A stretch of DNA of 64,000 nt from Microcoleus sp. (GCA_052279835.1 CP181291.1:2368001-2432000); one strand, 5' to 3'; positions 12,001 through 23,700 are shown, counted from the stretch's first letter. Translations and numbers: made by a program. The notes: generated by a model not told the origin, from the letters alone.

Positions 12001-12517
12001 AAACTGGCGCTGCCAGAATGGCGATTCCGACTAGGCAATTCTCCACTACGGATCGATATTTTGCTTCACTTTTTCGCAAAGCTTCTTGGTTGTGTTGTCT
12101 TTCCACTGCGTAACGCAGCGATCGCATTAACACTTCGCTGTCTATTTTTCTTTTGACTAGATAATCTTGAGCTCCTGTTTGGATCGACTGCACGGCTAGT
12201 TCTTCATCGTTGCGGGCCGTGAGCACCACGATCGGAGTATTGACGCTGTATTCTTGAATTTTAACAATTGTAGTTAAGTCTTGGCTGTCCGGCAGTGACA
12301 GATCTAGTAATATGACATCAAATTTTTCCTTTAGTAAAAGCTCCTGTGCTTTACTGAGACGATCGGCGCGACTTATCAATAGCCGTTGGGGCAACGATCG
12401 GGAAACATTGGTTTCTAATAATAATTCTTCGATCAGCTCAGCTTCGGCCCGATTGTCTTCGACGAGGAGAACCTTAAAGCCATGGCGCTCTGCGGTTGGG
12501 TTCAAAACTGATATCAT
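6047..12517 (-). CDS. Giant hybrid sensor kinase: REC, many PAS, GAF, PAS, cyanobacteriochrome GAF, HisKA-HATPase, REC
   Basis: N-terminal receiver, about 9 PAS/PAC units, two GAF domains (the second with DPCF and ECY), FLANMSHELRTPL H-box, NAVKFT and GTGLGL boxes, C-terminal receiver; likely ATG at 12517. Confidence 0.93.
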   Translation of the reverse strand: MISVLNPTAERHGFKVLLVEDNRAEAELIEELLLETNVSRSLPQRLLISRADRLSKAQELLLKEKFDVILLDLSLPDSQDLTTIVKIQEYSVNTPIVVLTARNDEELAVQSIQTGAQDYLVKRKIDSEVLMRSLRYAVERQHNQEALRKSEAKYRSVVENCLVGIAILAAPVSPSQPEKCEWLEVNDALCNLLGYEREELLQCNWEKLTFPEDWQASSEQLKKILTGKSQGYVLDKRWRKKNGGIVYTRVSLRCIRSLDGSIDRMIKVVLDVSDRHRYEVQLKASRQFLKHTINATPDPIFVKDEQHRWVVLNDAFCELMGKPRTELIGKCGYDFLPEDIANLFLQKDAAVLKTEIPDETEEKFIDSRGKKRIISTKKIIFKTAEGSKMLVGTIRDVTEYKRQQIALRQTRSRLEKMTANVPGMIYQFRINKDGEKKFCYVSSGCNEIYELAPKQLEQNAELGFENIHPDDLEEFHKSIIKSANTLLQWHQQWRQIMPDKVKWLQGAAKPEKQANGDLVWDGLVMDITELKQTQKERDRFFNISLDLLCIAGLDGYFRRLNPAWSNALGYSEGELIAKPFIEFVHPEDRAITRAKLETLKSGNPVINLENRYLCQDGTYKWLSWTASPFGEEGLIYAVARDVTLNKQAEAELRKSEATNRALLNAIPDMMFRCRADGTFVDFKPAKEPNIILKESIFIGKKVQDILPSVFADKIVSGNKQAIDNGEIQIVEYPMSVNGELYDFEARIVFCSDDDIIAIVRNITDRKRSESAIQRQAAAMSAASEGIAIIGAGGEFIYCNAAQLKMYGCESPEAMFAQSWKICYESAELQRLEQEIFPALTTKGYCNTEAIGCRSDGSNFPQELSLTMLEGGEIISIVRDLSAKKQAEIKLQDSQRFAEKIAEASPNILYVYDLIEHKIIYTNASISQVLGYTVEELQAMGVEMISQLMHPEDLSKIPDYLQQVETGGQGDIFEVEYRMQHKDGSWRWIVSRDTVFMKTPAGRLKQILGAGTDITESKQTEDEIKLLLAATQAISQSPDFESAIANVLRFLCNAIGWNFAEAWIPAADGTFLEHSPSWYASEPTLQAFGRESHQFVFGLGVGLPGRIWLTKQMEWREDISDGVNPVFSRWELARESGLKACFGIPIRAEGEVLAVLVFYQRNRSPLEGRIVDLVKAVATQLGSHIQRKQAEEELRKSEERWQLVLKGNQDGIWDFNLQTNEVFRSARWKEIIGYSDTEIDTNNTEWTERIHPEDAWRVQTAIQDYLDRKTPNYASEYRLLCKDGSYKWVLARAQAVWDQAGNPLRMVGSMTDISDRKQAELELLKVTQAVESTSDAIAITDLKGRSIYHNQAFIQRYGYTVEELNRLNAAEVMYVQPKIYKQIYKTIRTGLSWSDEIELKTKNGEAVTTLVRADNIKDENGNFIGSVGVITDISERKKVEETLRQQLNREQLAVSMLERIRASLNLEEILTTTVEEVRLFLQVDRTVIYQFTPSWSGFIAVESVKEDCMAIAGREIYDPCFGEAYVDLYKDGRIRATDDVYNAGIAECYLNVLTDLHVRANLVVPILQGEKLWGLLIAHHCTGPRPWQKFEAECLQQLAVQLAIAIQQSTLFQKAQTEIAERKQAEAALQLAKEAAEAANRAKSDFLANMSHELRTPLNGILGYIQLLKNERNLTTEQLDILTNALQCGHHLLTLINDVLDLAKIEANKMELSVSEVDFRNLIKNIVDLFKMRSDQKGIAFNYEELSVLPNYVLADEKRVRQVLINLLSNAVKFTDHGGVTLKVGYVDNVAEYASPINSINSSLTAANRDGMATLTPNLEPQKQSIAPGDATEAPNLAKLPPTKIRFQVEDSGIGIRENKLAEIFLPFHQVGDRSNVVEGTGLGLSISQKIVNMMGSQIHVESTSGIGSIFWLDIDLPAVAQCSEIPSPREKHRIVGFVGLKRKVLVVDDNEANRAMLHKMLSRLGFEIVEATDGEDCLHKALEFQPDLILMDLLMPVMDGWEATRRLRHLPELKDAVILALSASVYETTRQESILAGCNGFLSKPIQNNELLESLRVNLGLEWVYEEGPSANKRKAPTPKTASDLAAADKIASPACESVLALLRLCAMGDIEAILEEIAKLENSDPKLVPFAHHVRQLAKGFQIKQMRAFLKEHLS

Positions 12518-13181
12518 AAATACCCAGATTTTTATCGTAAAGCATTCGTAGTAACCATTATAGCATATAAGCAATTCAATGCTGAAATATACAACTGGGA
12601 ATAATTTAAAACTGCTTGACTGAATTCTCTCTGACTCAGCAGAAATTAGCGACTCTCTCTCCTAAGTAAGAAAATCGTTGACACACCTTTAAAAGCGATC
12701 GTCCCATGAAAATCCACAGGAGGGATGAATACGGGGGTTGTGACCTAGTTCTTTTGTCTTGGCTTGATGATAGCTGATATTTCCTAGTCGCTGCCATCTT
12801 TTTACTTGTGGCAACCCAGGAAAATTTTCTCTGATCTATTGTGTTTTCCCAAAAAAGTGATAATCTATAAATAGAGGCCATAAACGATATTGAGCTAAAA
12901 AGCCTCTGGCACGATCTGTGCATAAATACACTTAAATTCACTTTGAGGAGCCGGGGATCAAGGTTTTAGTGATAATCAAAATAGTTTTATTGGGAGAAAA
13001 TCTTAGCTGTTAAGGTGAGTAATTCATTTGATTGAATGATTAGCAGGCAGGATACAGCTAATAAATAGTGACGAAAAAATCAAGAAGTCTGGATATTTAG
13101 AGATTGACTTCGTAAGAAAACTAAGTTCAAACTTTTTGCTGTCCTTTGACCGAAATGAGCTAAAAAGTAGAGGAAAAAGCA

Positions 13182-15659
13182 ATGACCCACAAATTAGCAA
13201 TTCCAGAAAAGCAGCTTCAAATTCCCAAAGACAAAGCCTTAATATTATGGTTCGATGAAGTCGGCATCGCTGACATCCCCTTAGTCGGTGGCAAAAATGC
13301 TTCCTTGGGGGAAATGATTCAACAGCTAACTCCCAAAGGAGTGAATGTTCCCAACGGGTTTGCAACTACAGCATACGCTTACCGCTACTTCATCGAGTCG
13401 GCGGGTTTAGATAGTAAACTGCGCGAACTTTTTGCTGACTTGGAAGTCGAAAATGTCAACAACCTGCGCCAAAAAGGCAAGCAAGCGCGATCGCTGATTT
13501 TGGAAACGCCGTTTCCGCCAGACTTGCAAGCGGCGATCGCCAGCGCTTACGATAAATTGTGCGATCGCTATGGCGAGAGTACAGATGTAGCAGTCCGTTC
13601 CTCCGCCACCGCCGAAGACTTACCAGACGCCAGCTTCGCCGGACAACAAGAAACCTACCTCAACGTACATGGCTGCACCAGCGTGCTCGAATGCAGCCAC
13701 AAATGCTTCGCTTCCATATTCACCGACAGAGCGATTTCCTACCGTCAACTCCGAGGCTTCGACCATTTTGATGTCGCCTTATCAGTAGGTGTGCAAAAAA
13801 TGGTGCGATCGGACTTAGCATCCTCCGGTGTCATGTTCAGCATCGACACCGAAACCGGTTTCAAAAACGCCGCCCTCATCACCGCAGCCTATGGATTGGG
13901 GGAAAACATCGTTCAAGGTGCCGTAAACCCCGACGAATACCTAGTCTTCAAACCAACATTGAAACAAGGTTTCCGCCCAATTCTCGACAAACGCCTCGGC
14001 ACCAAAAAAATTAAAATGGTGTACGATATTGGCGGTTCCAAATACACCAAAAACGTCTCAGTAGCAACCACAGAACGCGAAAAATTTGCCATTAACGATG
14101 ACGAAATTCTGCAATTAGCACAGTGGGCAGTATTAATAGAAGAACACTACTCCGAAGTGCGCGGAACTCCCACGCCCATGGACATCGAGTGGGCAAAAGA
14201 CGGCAATACCGGCGAATTATTCATCGTCCAAGCGCGACCGGAAACAGTACAATCTCAAAAATCAGTTACAGTTTTGCGGAGTTACAAACTGCAAGGTTCT
14301 AGCGCTGTTTTGGCCAAGGGACGGGCTGTGGGCGAGGCCATTGGACAAGGGAAAGCCCGCGTAATTTTAGAAGTTAGTGAAATCGGTGAATTTGAAGCAG
14401 GGGAAGTTTTAGTCACCAACAAAACAGACCCGGATTGGGAACCCATTATGAAAAAAGCCAGTGCGATTGTCACCAACTCTGGCGGCCGTACTTGTCATGC
14501 AGCAATCATTGCGCGAGAAATGGGAATTCCGGCAATTGTTGGCACCGGTGATGGGACAAAACTCTTAAAGAATGGTCAAGAAATCACTGTTTCTTGTGCC
14601 GAAGGAGAGGAAGGCAAAGTTTATTCGGGTTTGGTGCCGTTTGCAGTCCAAGAAAGTGCGATCGACAATTTACCCCGCACTCGCACTCAAATCTTAATGA
14701 ATGTCGGCAACCCCGAAGAAGCCTTTGGTTTATCAGCAATTCCTTGCGACGGTGTGGGATTGGCGCGACTGGAATTCATCATTGCCAATCACATTAAAGC
14801 ACACCCCTTAGCACTGATTCACTTTAACAAATTGGTAGATAAATCAGTCAAACGCGAAATTGCCAAACTCACAGCGCTTTACGAACACAAGCCCGATTTC
14901 TTTACCGACAAATTAGCCCACGGAATAGGCACCATTGCCGCTGCATTCTATCCCAATCCTGTCATCGTGCGGATGAGCGATTTCAAGAGCAATGAATACG
15001 CTAATCTGTTAGGAGGGCGACAGTTTGAACCCAAGGAAGAAAACCCAATGATTGGGTGGCGGGGTGCCTCTCGCTATTACGACCCAAATTACCGCGAAGC
15101 TTATGCTTTGGAATGCAAGGCTCTGAAGCGAGTTCGCAATGAAATGGGCTTGACAAATGTGATTCCGATGATTCCATTTTGCCGCACCCCGGAGGAGGGG
15201 CGAAAGGTGTTAGCGGAGATGGCGAAACACGGTTTAGTCAAGGGCGAAAATGGCTTACAGGTGTATGTGATGTGCGAATTACCTAGCAATGTCATATTTG
15301 CTGATGAATTCGCCCAGGTATTTGATGGATTCTCGATCGGCTCTAACGATCTGACTCAGCTAACATTGGGATTAGACCGGGATTCTGCTTTAGTCGCGCA
15401 CATTTTTGACGAACGGAATGAAGCTGTGAAGCGGATGGTGGAAATTGCAATTAAAGCGGCGAAAAAATACGGCCGCAAGATTGGAATTTGCGGTCAAGCC
15501 CCTAGTGATTATCCTGAATTTGCTCGGTTCTTGGTTGAGTTGGGAATTGATTCGATTAGTTTGAATCCTGATTCTGTTTTGAAGACTTTGTTGGATGTTG
15601 CTAAGGTTGAGAGTACGGCTTCGATGATGGACTTGGTGATGGATGTAGCGCCTGTTTAA
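13182..15659 (+). CDS. ppsA: Phosphoenolpyruvate synthase
   Basis: VGGKNASLGEM, AVRSSATAEDLPDASFAGQQET, phospho-His motif GGRTCHAAI, FSIGSNDLTQLTLG. Confidence 0.98.
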   Translation: MTHKLAIPEKQLQIPKDKALILWFDEVGIADIPLVGGKNASLGEMIQQLTPKGVNVPNGFATTAYAYRYFIESAGLDSKLRELFADLEVENVNNLRQKGKQARSLILETPFPPDLQAAIASAYDKLCDRYGESTDVAVRSSATAEDLPDASFAGQQETYLNVHGCTSVLECSHKCFASIFTDRAISYRQLRGFDHFDVALSVGVQKMVRSDLASSGVMFSIDTETGFKNAALITAAYGLGENIVQGAVNPDEYLVFKPTLKQGFRPILDKRLGTKKIKMVYDIGGSKYTKNVSVATTEREKFAINDDEILQLAQWAVLIEEHYSEVRGTPTPMDIEWAKDGNTGELFIVQARPETVQSQKSVTVLRSYKLQGSSAVLAKGRAVGEAIGQGKARVILEVSEIGEFEAGEVLVTNKTDPDWEPIMKKASAIVTNSGGRTCHAAIIAREMGIPAIVGTGDGTKLLKNGQEITVSCAEGEEGKVYSGLVPFAVQESAIDNLPRTRTQILMNVGNPEEAFGLSAIPCDGVGLARLEFIIANHIKAHPLALIHFNKLVDKSVKREIAKLTALYEHKPDFFTDKLAHGIGTIAAAFYPNPVIVRMSDFKSNEYANLLGGRQFEPKEENPMIGWRGASRYYDPNYREAYALECKALKRVRNEMGLTNVIPMIPFCRTPEEGRKVLAEMAKHGLVKGENGLQVYVMCELPSNVIFADEFAQVFDGFSIGSNDLTQLTLGLDRDSALVAHIFDERNEAVKRMVEIAIKAAKKYGRKIGICGQAPSDYPEFARFLVELGIDSISLNPDSVLKTLLDVAKVESTASMMDLVMDVAPV

Positions 15660-15766
15660 CCGAGAATTTTATCTCTGTGAGACATCTCCCATAATCCCTA
15701 GGGAGGATTGTAGAGGGCGATGCACCCTCAAGCTACTGTTGCATGATTTTGGATAACTGGCCTTGG

Positions 15767-15799
15767 AACCCCGACTTCACCCTCAGAAGTCGGGGTTTT
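15767..15799 (+). terminator. Intrinsic terminator-like hairpin after ppsA
   Basis: 12-bp stem AACCCCGACTTC / GAAGTCGGGGTT ending in a short T-run. Confidence 0.6.
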
Positions 15800-16895
15800 A
15801 CTGTCATATCGTTGACCGTTGCATCGTCAGGTGATTTAACCTTACTAGAACACAGAGAACACAGAGAGATCAGAGAGAAATGAATACAGGACGATGAAGA
15901 GAGGAATTGATATCAGGTGATTGTTCACTGTTGACTGCTATCTGCAAATTCTCTTGTGGGAGCTCAACTCGCAGCCACGCACGCGGACGATTCATACTCT
16001 ACTTGATGAACCTGCAATATGCTGTATGACTTATAACTAATGACTGATGACTAATGACTATCGCCTCTTTTTTTTTCAAAAGATCCGGTTACAAATCCCC
16101 TAATTTGTTGTTCTAATTATGTAAGGAAAAAGCTTGTAGAGTATAACTTGAAAGGTTTTCAGCTACCCAGGGATTGAGGGGGAATGAACCCGGATTTTAA
16201 TTAAATTTTATACTCCTATAAACTCAACTATAAACTGGTGTTCTAATTTATATAGAAGGCATCGGTTAGGCGATCGCACATATTAATCCCGAAACTATTG
16301 ACGATTTTATTTAAAAGGTTTAACTTATATAAGGGGTTGCATCTAAGAGTATTTGCGGATAGGCAAAATATCAGTTAGTATTTACTTACGTGTGAAGAGG
16401 TTTGTGTCAACTTGTTGTGAATCAGGAGATTTAATACCGACTACTTAAAATATCATAGAACCCTAGGGCTAGCTTAGACAGGACAGGACAGACATTGTAG
16501 AAAGTGTGTTTATGGTTAAGCATATTAATCCTAAACATTTGCCCTTAGACAGATGGCAAATCTCCAACCTACTTTCTCAAACAGAGTCCTAAAAAAATCA
16601 CTCTCCTGGAAGCAATTGTCATAATTGGTATGGTGATCTACAGTTTTAGAACCTCTAAAAATAGTTTAAAAAACTGATCGGATGCACCAGAATATTCACA
16701 ATTACCGATTCCCGTTGCCTCCAGGAGTGAATCACCCCCAAAAAATACCGAACATCTACTTTACCGAAAAAAATGATGGCATACTCTAGATGTATAGTTG
16801 GAAAAATTGCGGGTTAGTGAAACTCTTCCGTATTGGCGATCGCCCTGTCCGAACTTAAAGCATAGATTTTGCGTTTCCAGACTACAATGACCAAT

Positions 16896-17084
16896 TTTTT
16901 AGCATCCTCATCGATACAGGGTACATCTATTTCCAGAGGATGAATTATCAGCAGCCTACTTTTTAGCATCCTCATCGATACAGGGTATATCTATTTCCAG
17001 AGGATGAATTATCAGCAGCCTACTTTTTAGCATCCTCATCGATACAGGGTATATCTATTTCCAGAGGATGAATTATCAGCAGCC
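16896..17084. repeat. 3 x 64-bp tandem repeat
   Basis: Unit AGCATCCTCATCGATACAGGGTAYATCTATTTCCAGAGGATGAATTATCAGCAGCCTACTTTTT starts at 16901, 16965 and 17029; one substitution between copies. Confidence 0.95.
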
Positions 17085-17745
17085 GAGGATCAAATTAGGT
17101 CAACTGATTCTGCAAGGTAGCAATCGTAACCATTTAATTTTCCCTCTAGCACTAGGGCAAAAAAAGCTCTTTTCTGGGAAATCTCGTCGATATCTCGCCT
17201 GAGATATGGATGCAAAAACCGGGTGTGTCCACCCCCGTTCGTAAAATTGTGGTAATTATTGCTACCTGTTGGTGGACATCAGGCTGATAGCGATTTTCAA
17301 GACATGGAAGTATGAGTCGATCGCTCGTCAATCACCGATGAATTGTTACCTAGAACACCAGGGCTAAATCAGACTGTCTATGGTAGAGGTGAACGCAGAA
17401 AATATGATCAAAAACTTTTTGATAATTCCTGTTTTTGCCGACTGGTGGACGTAATAGATCTGTGTTAAACCCAAATCCACTTCCAAACAGAATGTAAACA
17501 GCACTAATAAATTGATAGCAATAAATCCAACTTGGGGCTTCGGCTTCTAAAATATTCTCCCTCGTTTGGTAATACTTGCAACGCTATCAAATACCAATTA
17601 AGAGACTATTGATTTGAATTTTTGAATTCTTGTTTCAATTAGTCACCCAAAACTCAAAAGAGCTGAATGTATTACTCTCAATCGCCGAATAAATCGGTTG
17701 TCCAACAAATAGTTTATTTTAGAGAATTTGTGAGTTTTTTGAATC

Positions 17746-20700
17746 ATGAAAAGCATCTACACCACCCTTTCCACAACCCAAAACCTTGGTAAAGACACCA
17801 ACTTTGTAGGGAACCACCGTTCCCATCCTGTTAAAAATCTACTGATAGTCGATACAAAAGTAGAAAATAGTGACAGCTTGGCAAAAGGAGCAACGGAGGG
17901 TACAGAGGTATTCATGCTTGACCCTCACCTGGATGGAGTCAAGCAAATTACTAGAATTTTGGCTAATTGGAGAGATTTAGAAAGCCTTCAGATAGTTTCT
18001 CACGGCCAAGAAGGGCGACTACAAGTAGGGTCGATAGAACTCAATAGAAACAACATAGAAAGCTACAGCGATTTGTTGCAACAGTGGGGAAAATCTCTCA
18101 GCGAGAGAGGGGATATTTTGTTGTTGGGATGCAGCATTGCAGCAGGGAAAAGCGGCCAAGCTTTCCTGGGGAGACTGAGTGAAATTACTGGTGCAGATAT
18201 TGCAGCTTCCGATGATTTGACGGGGAGTGCGGCCCTTGGTGGCGACTGGGAATTAGAATTTGCGATCGGCAACATAGAAGCTAGCATCGCGATCGATCGC
18301 CAAGTACAGCAAGAATATAGCGGTATCCTGGGGACATTAGTCAGCGAAACATTCAAAAACGATACAGTCATAGGCCCCTGGATTTATCGAGGCACTAACG
18401 GAACACTTTACGATCCCACAATCCCCATCACCAGGCAAATGGTTCCTGGTATTACCGGAGGAACCATATCCGGCGTAATTCCTGCTTTGGGTGGAGACAC
18501 ACCAGGTAACGGAGTCCTGCGGCTGACTCCATCAATTAGAAGACAGGAAGCTTTTGTACTCTATGACAAGGCTATCCCAGCTACTGAAGGTCTAAAAGTT
18601 ACTTTTGATTTTTTTGCTTATAACACCGTCGCCGCAGAGGATGGTACTCTTTTTGGTGCTGATGGTATTAGCTTTTTCCTGGTGGATGGAACAGCTACAC
18701 CAACAAAAGCAGGAGGCTTTGGAGGGTCTCTTGGCTATGCCCAAAACACCAGTAGTACCCCTGTTTCCGCCGGCATTTCTGGAGGTTATTTAGGGGTTGG
18801 GTTAGATGAGTTTGGTAATTACTCAAATCCTACGGCCGGGCGAGTTGGTGGCACGGGATTTTCCCCGGATTCTGTAGGTATTAGGGGTAGCGAAAAAAAT
18901 TCTTACCAGTTTTTAACCAATGCTTCTATTGCTATTGGTATAGACAATAAAGATACAACGATTCGCAGTGTGGCGAAAAGAAGCGTTCAAATCACTCTGT
19001 TTCCGGTGCGTTCTGCAACACCGAACCGTCTTAGCGTTGGCTTCGATCTCAATGGTGATGGAGTATTTGATGCCGGGGAGACGGTTATTGATATACCAGA
19101 TTTAAAGGCAATAAATGGAGAAGTACCATCTACGCTGAAGTTTGGATTTGCGGCGGCTACAGGAGGTAATACTAATATCCATGAGCTAAACAATGTAATT
19201 GTAGAAAGTATTAATGAGTTAACTTTGACCGCCGATCTTTCTGTGGTCAAAACAGGGCCAGTATCAGCGAAAGTTGGTGAGACGGTGAGTTATACGATCG
19301 CCACTGCGAACAAAGGGCCATATCCCGCAGAAGGAGTGACGATTACAGATAGTATCATTCCGGGGCTAACTGGAGTTACGGCATCGGACGGTGGAACCTA
19401 CGACGCAGTTACGGGGATAGTGACTTGGAAACCAGTGGCGATCGACAATGGTGCTACAGTCACTCGGACGGTTGGGGTAGTGATGCCAGCGACCCTCAGT
19501 GCCATCAGCAACACGGCTAGAAGCAGCGCTGTGACCACGGACCCAGACCTGAGCAATAACAACGGTACGGACCCCAAGGCTAAGGTGTCTACGACGATTG
19601 GGGCTGTAGCAGACCTGGTAACTACTAAAACTGGGTCTACTTCGAGTCAGGCTGGTGAGACGGTGAGTTATACGATCGCCACGGTGAACAAAGGGCCAAG
19701 TCCGGCAACAGGAGTGACGATTACAGATAGTATCATTCCGGGGTTAACGGGAGTCACGGCATCGGATGGTGGCACCTACGACGCAGTGACGGGGATTGTG
19801 ACTTTTCCAACAGTGGCGATCGACAATGGCGCTACCATCACTCGGACCGTTGGGATAGTGGTGCCTGGGACCCTGAGTGCCATCAGCAACACGGCTAGAA
19901 GCAGCGCTGTGACCACGGACCCAGACCTGAGCAATAACAACGGTACGGACCCCAAGGCTAAGGTGTCTACGACGATTGGGGCTGTAGCAGACCTGGTAAC
20001 TACTAAAACTGGGTCTACTTCGAGTCAGGCTGGTGAGACGGTGAGTTATACGATCGCCACGGTGAACAAAGGGCCAAGTCCGGCAACAGGAGTGACGATT
20101 ACAGATAGTATCATTCCGGGGTTAACGGGAGTCACGGCATCGGATGGTGGCACCTACGACGCAGTGACGGGGATTGTGACTTTTCCAACAGTGGCGATCG
20201 ACAATGGCGCTACCATCACTCGGACCGTTGGGATAGTGGTGCCTGGGACCCTGAGTGCCATCAGCAACACGGCTAGAAGCAGCGCTGTGACCACGGACCC
20301 AGACCTGAGCAATAACAACGGTACGGACCCCAAGGCTAAGGTGTCTACGACGATTGGGGCTGTAGCAGACCTGGTAACTACTAAAACTGGGTCTACTTCT
20401 AGTCAGGCTGGTGAGACGGTGAGTTATACGATCGCCACTGCGAACAAAGGGCCGAGTCCGGCAACAGGAGTGACGATTACAGATAGTATCATTCCGGGGT
20501 TAACGGGAGTGACGGCATCCGATGGAGGCACCTACGACCCAGTTACCGGGATAGTGACTTTTCCAACAGTGGCGATCGACAATGGCGCTACCATCACTCG
20601 GACGGTTGGGATAGTGCTTCCAGCCACCCTCAGTGCCATCAGCAACACGGCTAGAAGCAGTGCTGTGACCACGGACCCAGACCTGAGCAATAACAACGGT

Positions 20701-23700
20701 ACTGACCTCAAGGCTAAGGTGTCTACGACCATTGCGGCTGTGGCAGACCTGGTAACTACAAAAAGTGGAGTGACATCGGCATCGCCTGGACAATCCGTCA
20801 CTTATACAATTACTACGGGCAATATCGGGCCAAGCGATGCGTCTAATGTTGTCATCAGCGACAGTATAGTTCCAGGGTTAACGGGAGTTGTGGTTTCTAA
20901 CGAGGGAACCTATGATGCGGTTTCTGGGCTGGTGAATTTTCCGGCGATCGCCAAAGTCTCCAGGGGTGAAACCATCACTCGTACCGTTAGCTTGGTAGTT
21001 CCCGACAGTGGCAGCATCAGCAATGTTGCCAGCAGTAAATCAACGACGGCAGACCTTAACCTCAGCAACAACGATGGTTCCTCTGCTACTGCTAAAGTCA
21101 CTACCAGTGTGGTTGCGGGTCCTACTATTCCTACTGCGGATTTGGTAACTACTAAAACCGGTCTCACATCTGCGACTGTTGGTAGTTCTGTTACCTATAC
21201 TATAAATACCTCGAACAAGGGGCCTGATGCTGCGGTGGGAGTAGCGATCGCTGACAGCATTGTTCCTGGTTTAACCGGAGTCAAGGTATCTGATGAGGGT
21301 ACTTACGATCCGGTGTCTGGGATTGTCACTTTCCCGGCTATTTCCAGTTTGCCCAGCGGTGAGAATGTCAATCGTTTTGTGACGTTGGTGGTTCCAGAAA
21401 CGGGTATCAAAAATACTGCTTCGAGTCGATCGACTACGACAGACCCCAATCTGAATAATAACAATGGTTCCGAACCAAATGCGACTGTCATCACTACTCT
21501 CACCCCGACTGCGCCGACAAACCAATCTCCCATAGCCGACAAAAACACCACTATAATTTTGCCGAAAAACACGATCGCCATCGGTGGGCTCGGAGGCAGC
21601 GATCCAGATGGCACTGTGGTTTCTTTTACCGTGAACACTTTGCCACCAACCAATCAAGGTGTTCTCTTCCTGGGAAATCCCGATCGAGGTGGGGTGCCGG
21701 TGAAGGCGGGTCAAGTCCTGACACCGGCTCAAATTAGCCAGTTGTTTTTCCAATCGGCGGGAACATTCACAGGGGCAAGTTTTAGTTACAGCAGTCAGGA
21801 CGATCGGGGAAGCAGCAGTCAAGCAGCGGTAGTTTCTCTGGCTTTGCCACAGTTCAATGAACCGCCGGTGGCTGCGAACACAAATACTGCGGTGACACCG
21901 AATGCTGTAGTGAAGCTGGCAGGACTGGGGGCTAAGGATGTAGATGATGCGATCGCCTCTTATACAATCGATACTCTGCCTCTCAATAGCCAAGGCATCT
22001 TGTTCTTAGGCGATCCAGCCCAGGGCGGAGTGGCAATTACTGCCGGTCAAGTTCTGAACCCCGACCAAATCAACCAGTTATTTTTTCAAGCAACTGGTAC
22101 TTTCGCGGGGGCTAGCTTGACTTACAGTGCGAAAGATAGTCGCGGTGCGCTCAATCTCACCCCTGCCACGGCTAGTCTGTTCTTGCCTGTGGTTAACCAA
22201 CCGCCAGTCACCAACAATTCTAGTGTGAGTCTGTTGCCAGAAACAACTGTCAAAGTCCCCGGATTGGGGGGGAAAGACCCCGACGGTGAAATTGTTTCCT
22301 ATACAGTCAATACTGTTTTACCACCCAAGGAAGGTACATTGTTCTTGGGAGACCCAACTCAGGGCGGAGTGCCGATCGCATCTAATCAAGTTTTGACTCC
22401 GAGTCAAATTACGGAGGTGTTTGTTCAGTCTAGTAGTGGTTTTACGGGAGCAGTGGTCACCTATACTGCTAAGGACAACACGGGGGATATCAGTCCTACG
22501 GTGGGCATAGTTTCTACTACTCTGCCAAAAATTACCCCAACCACCCCAACACCAGCACCTACACCCACACCTGCACCTGTACCTGTGCCTACACCCACAC
22601 CGGAACCTGTACCAATCACCACGCCCACACCGGCACCGGAACCAATCACCACCCCCACACCGGCACCGGAACCAATCACCACGCCCGCACCGGCACCGGA
22701 ACCAATCACCACCCCCACACCGGCACCTGTACCAATCACCACGCCTACACCCGCACCTGTACCTACGTCAACATCCACCATTGTGGTTACGCCCGTATCG
22801 GAACCGGATACAGGTTGTGGTTGTCAACCTCTGCCTGTGTTGCCTGGGATAACTTTTACGCAAGCGCAGCCGGCCCCAATTCTCAACTTCGACTCCAATG
22901 CAGCAGAGTCGATCGATATTAACAACACCGTCTTCGGCACTGCTGGAAACGATTATTTAACTGGTTCCGATGCCAATGAAATGTTTGTTGCAGTCCTGGG
23001 AGATGATACGGTTTTGGGAGAAGGTGGTTCTGATATTGTTTTTGGCGATCGAGAACAGGATTTCATTGCTGCGGGCTGGGGTAATGACATTGTTTACGCT
23101 GGCAAGGAAAGCGATATTGTCTTCGGAGGTAAGAATGCCGATCGCATTTTTGGCGATCGCAATTCCGACACCCTTTATGGCGATCGCGGTCCCGATACGA
23201 TCGTCGGTGACAATGGTAATAGTGTTGATTTGACTGGGAATGACGGCGACTTAATTTTTGGTGGAGAAGGTGCTGATGCGATCGCTGGCAACCAAGGAAC
23301 CGACACTGTGTACGGGGGTAAAGGTGCAGATATCGCCTACGGTGGCATCGAAAATGATGTGATTTGGGGCGATCGAGGTGCCGATACTTTGTTGGGTGAC
23401 AACGGAGACGATTCCCTGTTCGGTGGTGTCCTCAATGCCCTCGCCAAGGACTCTCAAGGACGCGATTGGCTATTTGGAGGGGACGGTAACGACTTACTCA
23501 ACGGTCAAGATAACGATGATACTTTGCTTGGTGGTAGTGGTCGCGATTTGGTGTTTGGCGGAAAGGGAGGCGATCGCATTTTCGGCGAAGGTGATTCCGA
23601 CACTCTCTACGGCGGCCTCGGTTCTGACACCATACTAGGCGACTATGGTAAAGCTGTTGATAGCACGATCGCTACTTCCGAAGGTGACTTAATTTTCGGT

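Noticed and set aside
16540..16660. Possible IS terminal remnants (e.g. TTTCTCAAACAGAGTCCT)
   Set aside because: No partner inverted repeat or transposase fragment could be identified
16896..17084. CRISPR array
   Set aside because: Units are identical end to end with no unique spacers, and no cas genes are present
18063..23638. Several antisense or alternate-frame ORFs within the 2271-aa gene
   Set aside because: By-products of repetitive, biased coding sequence
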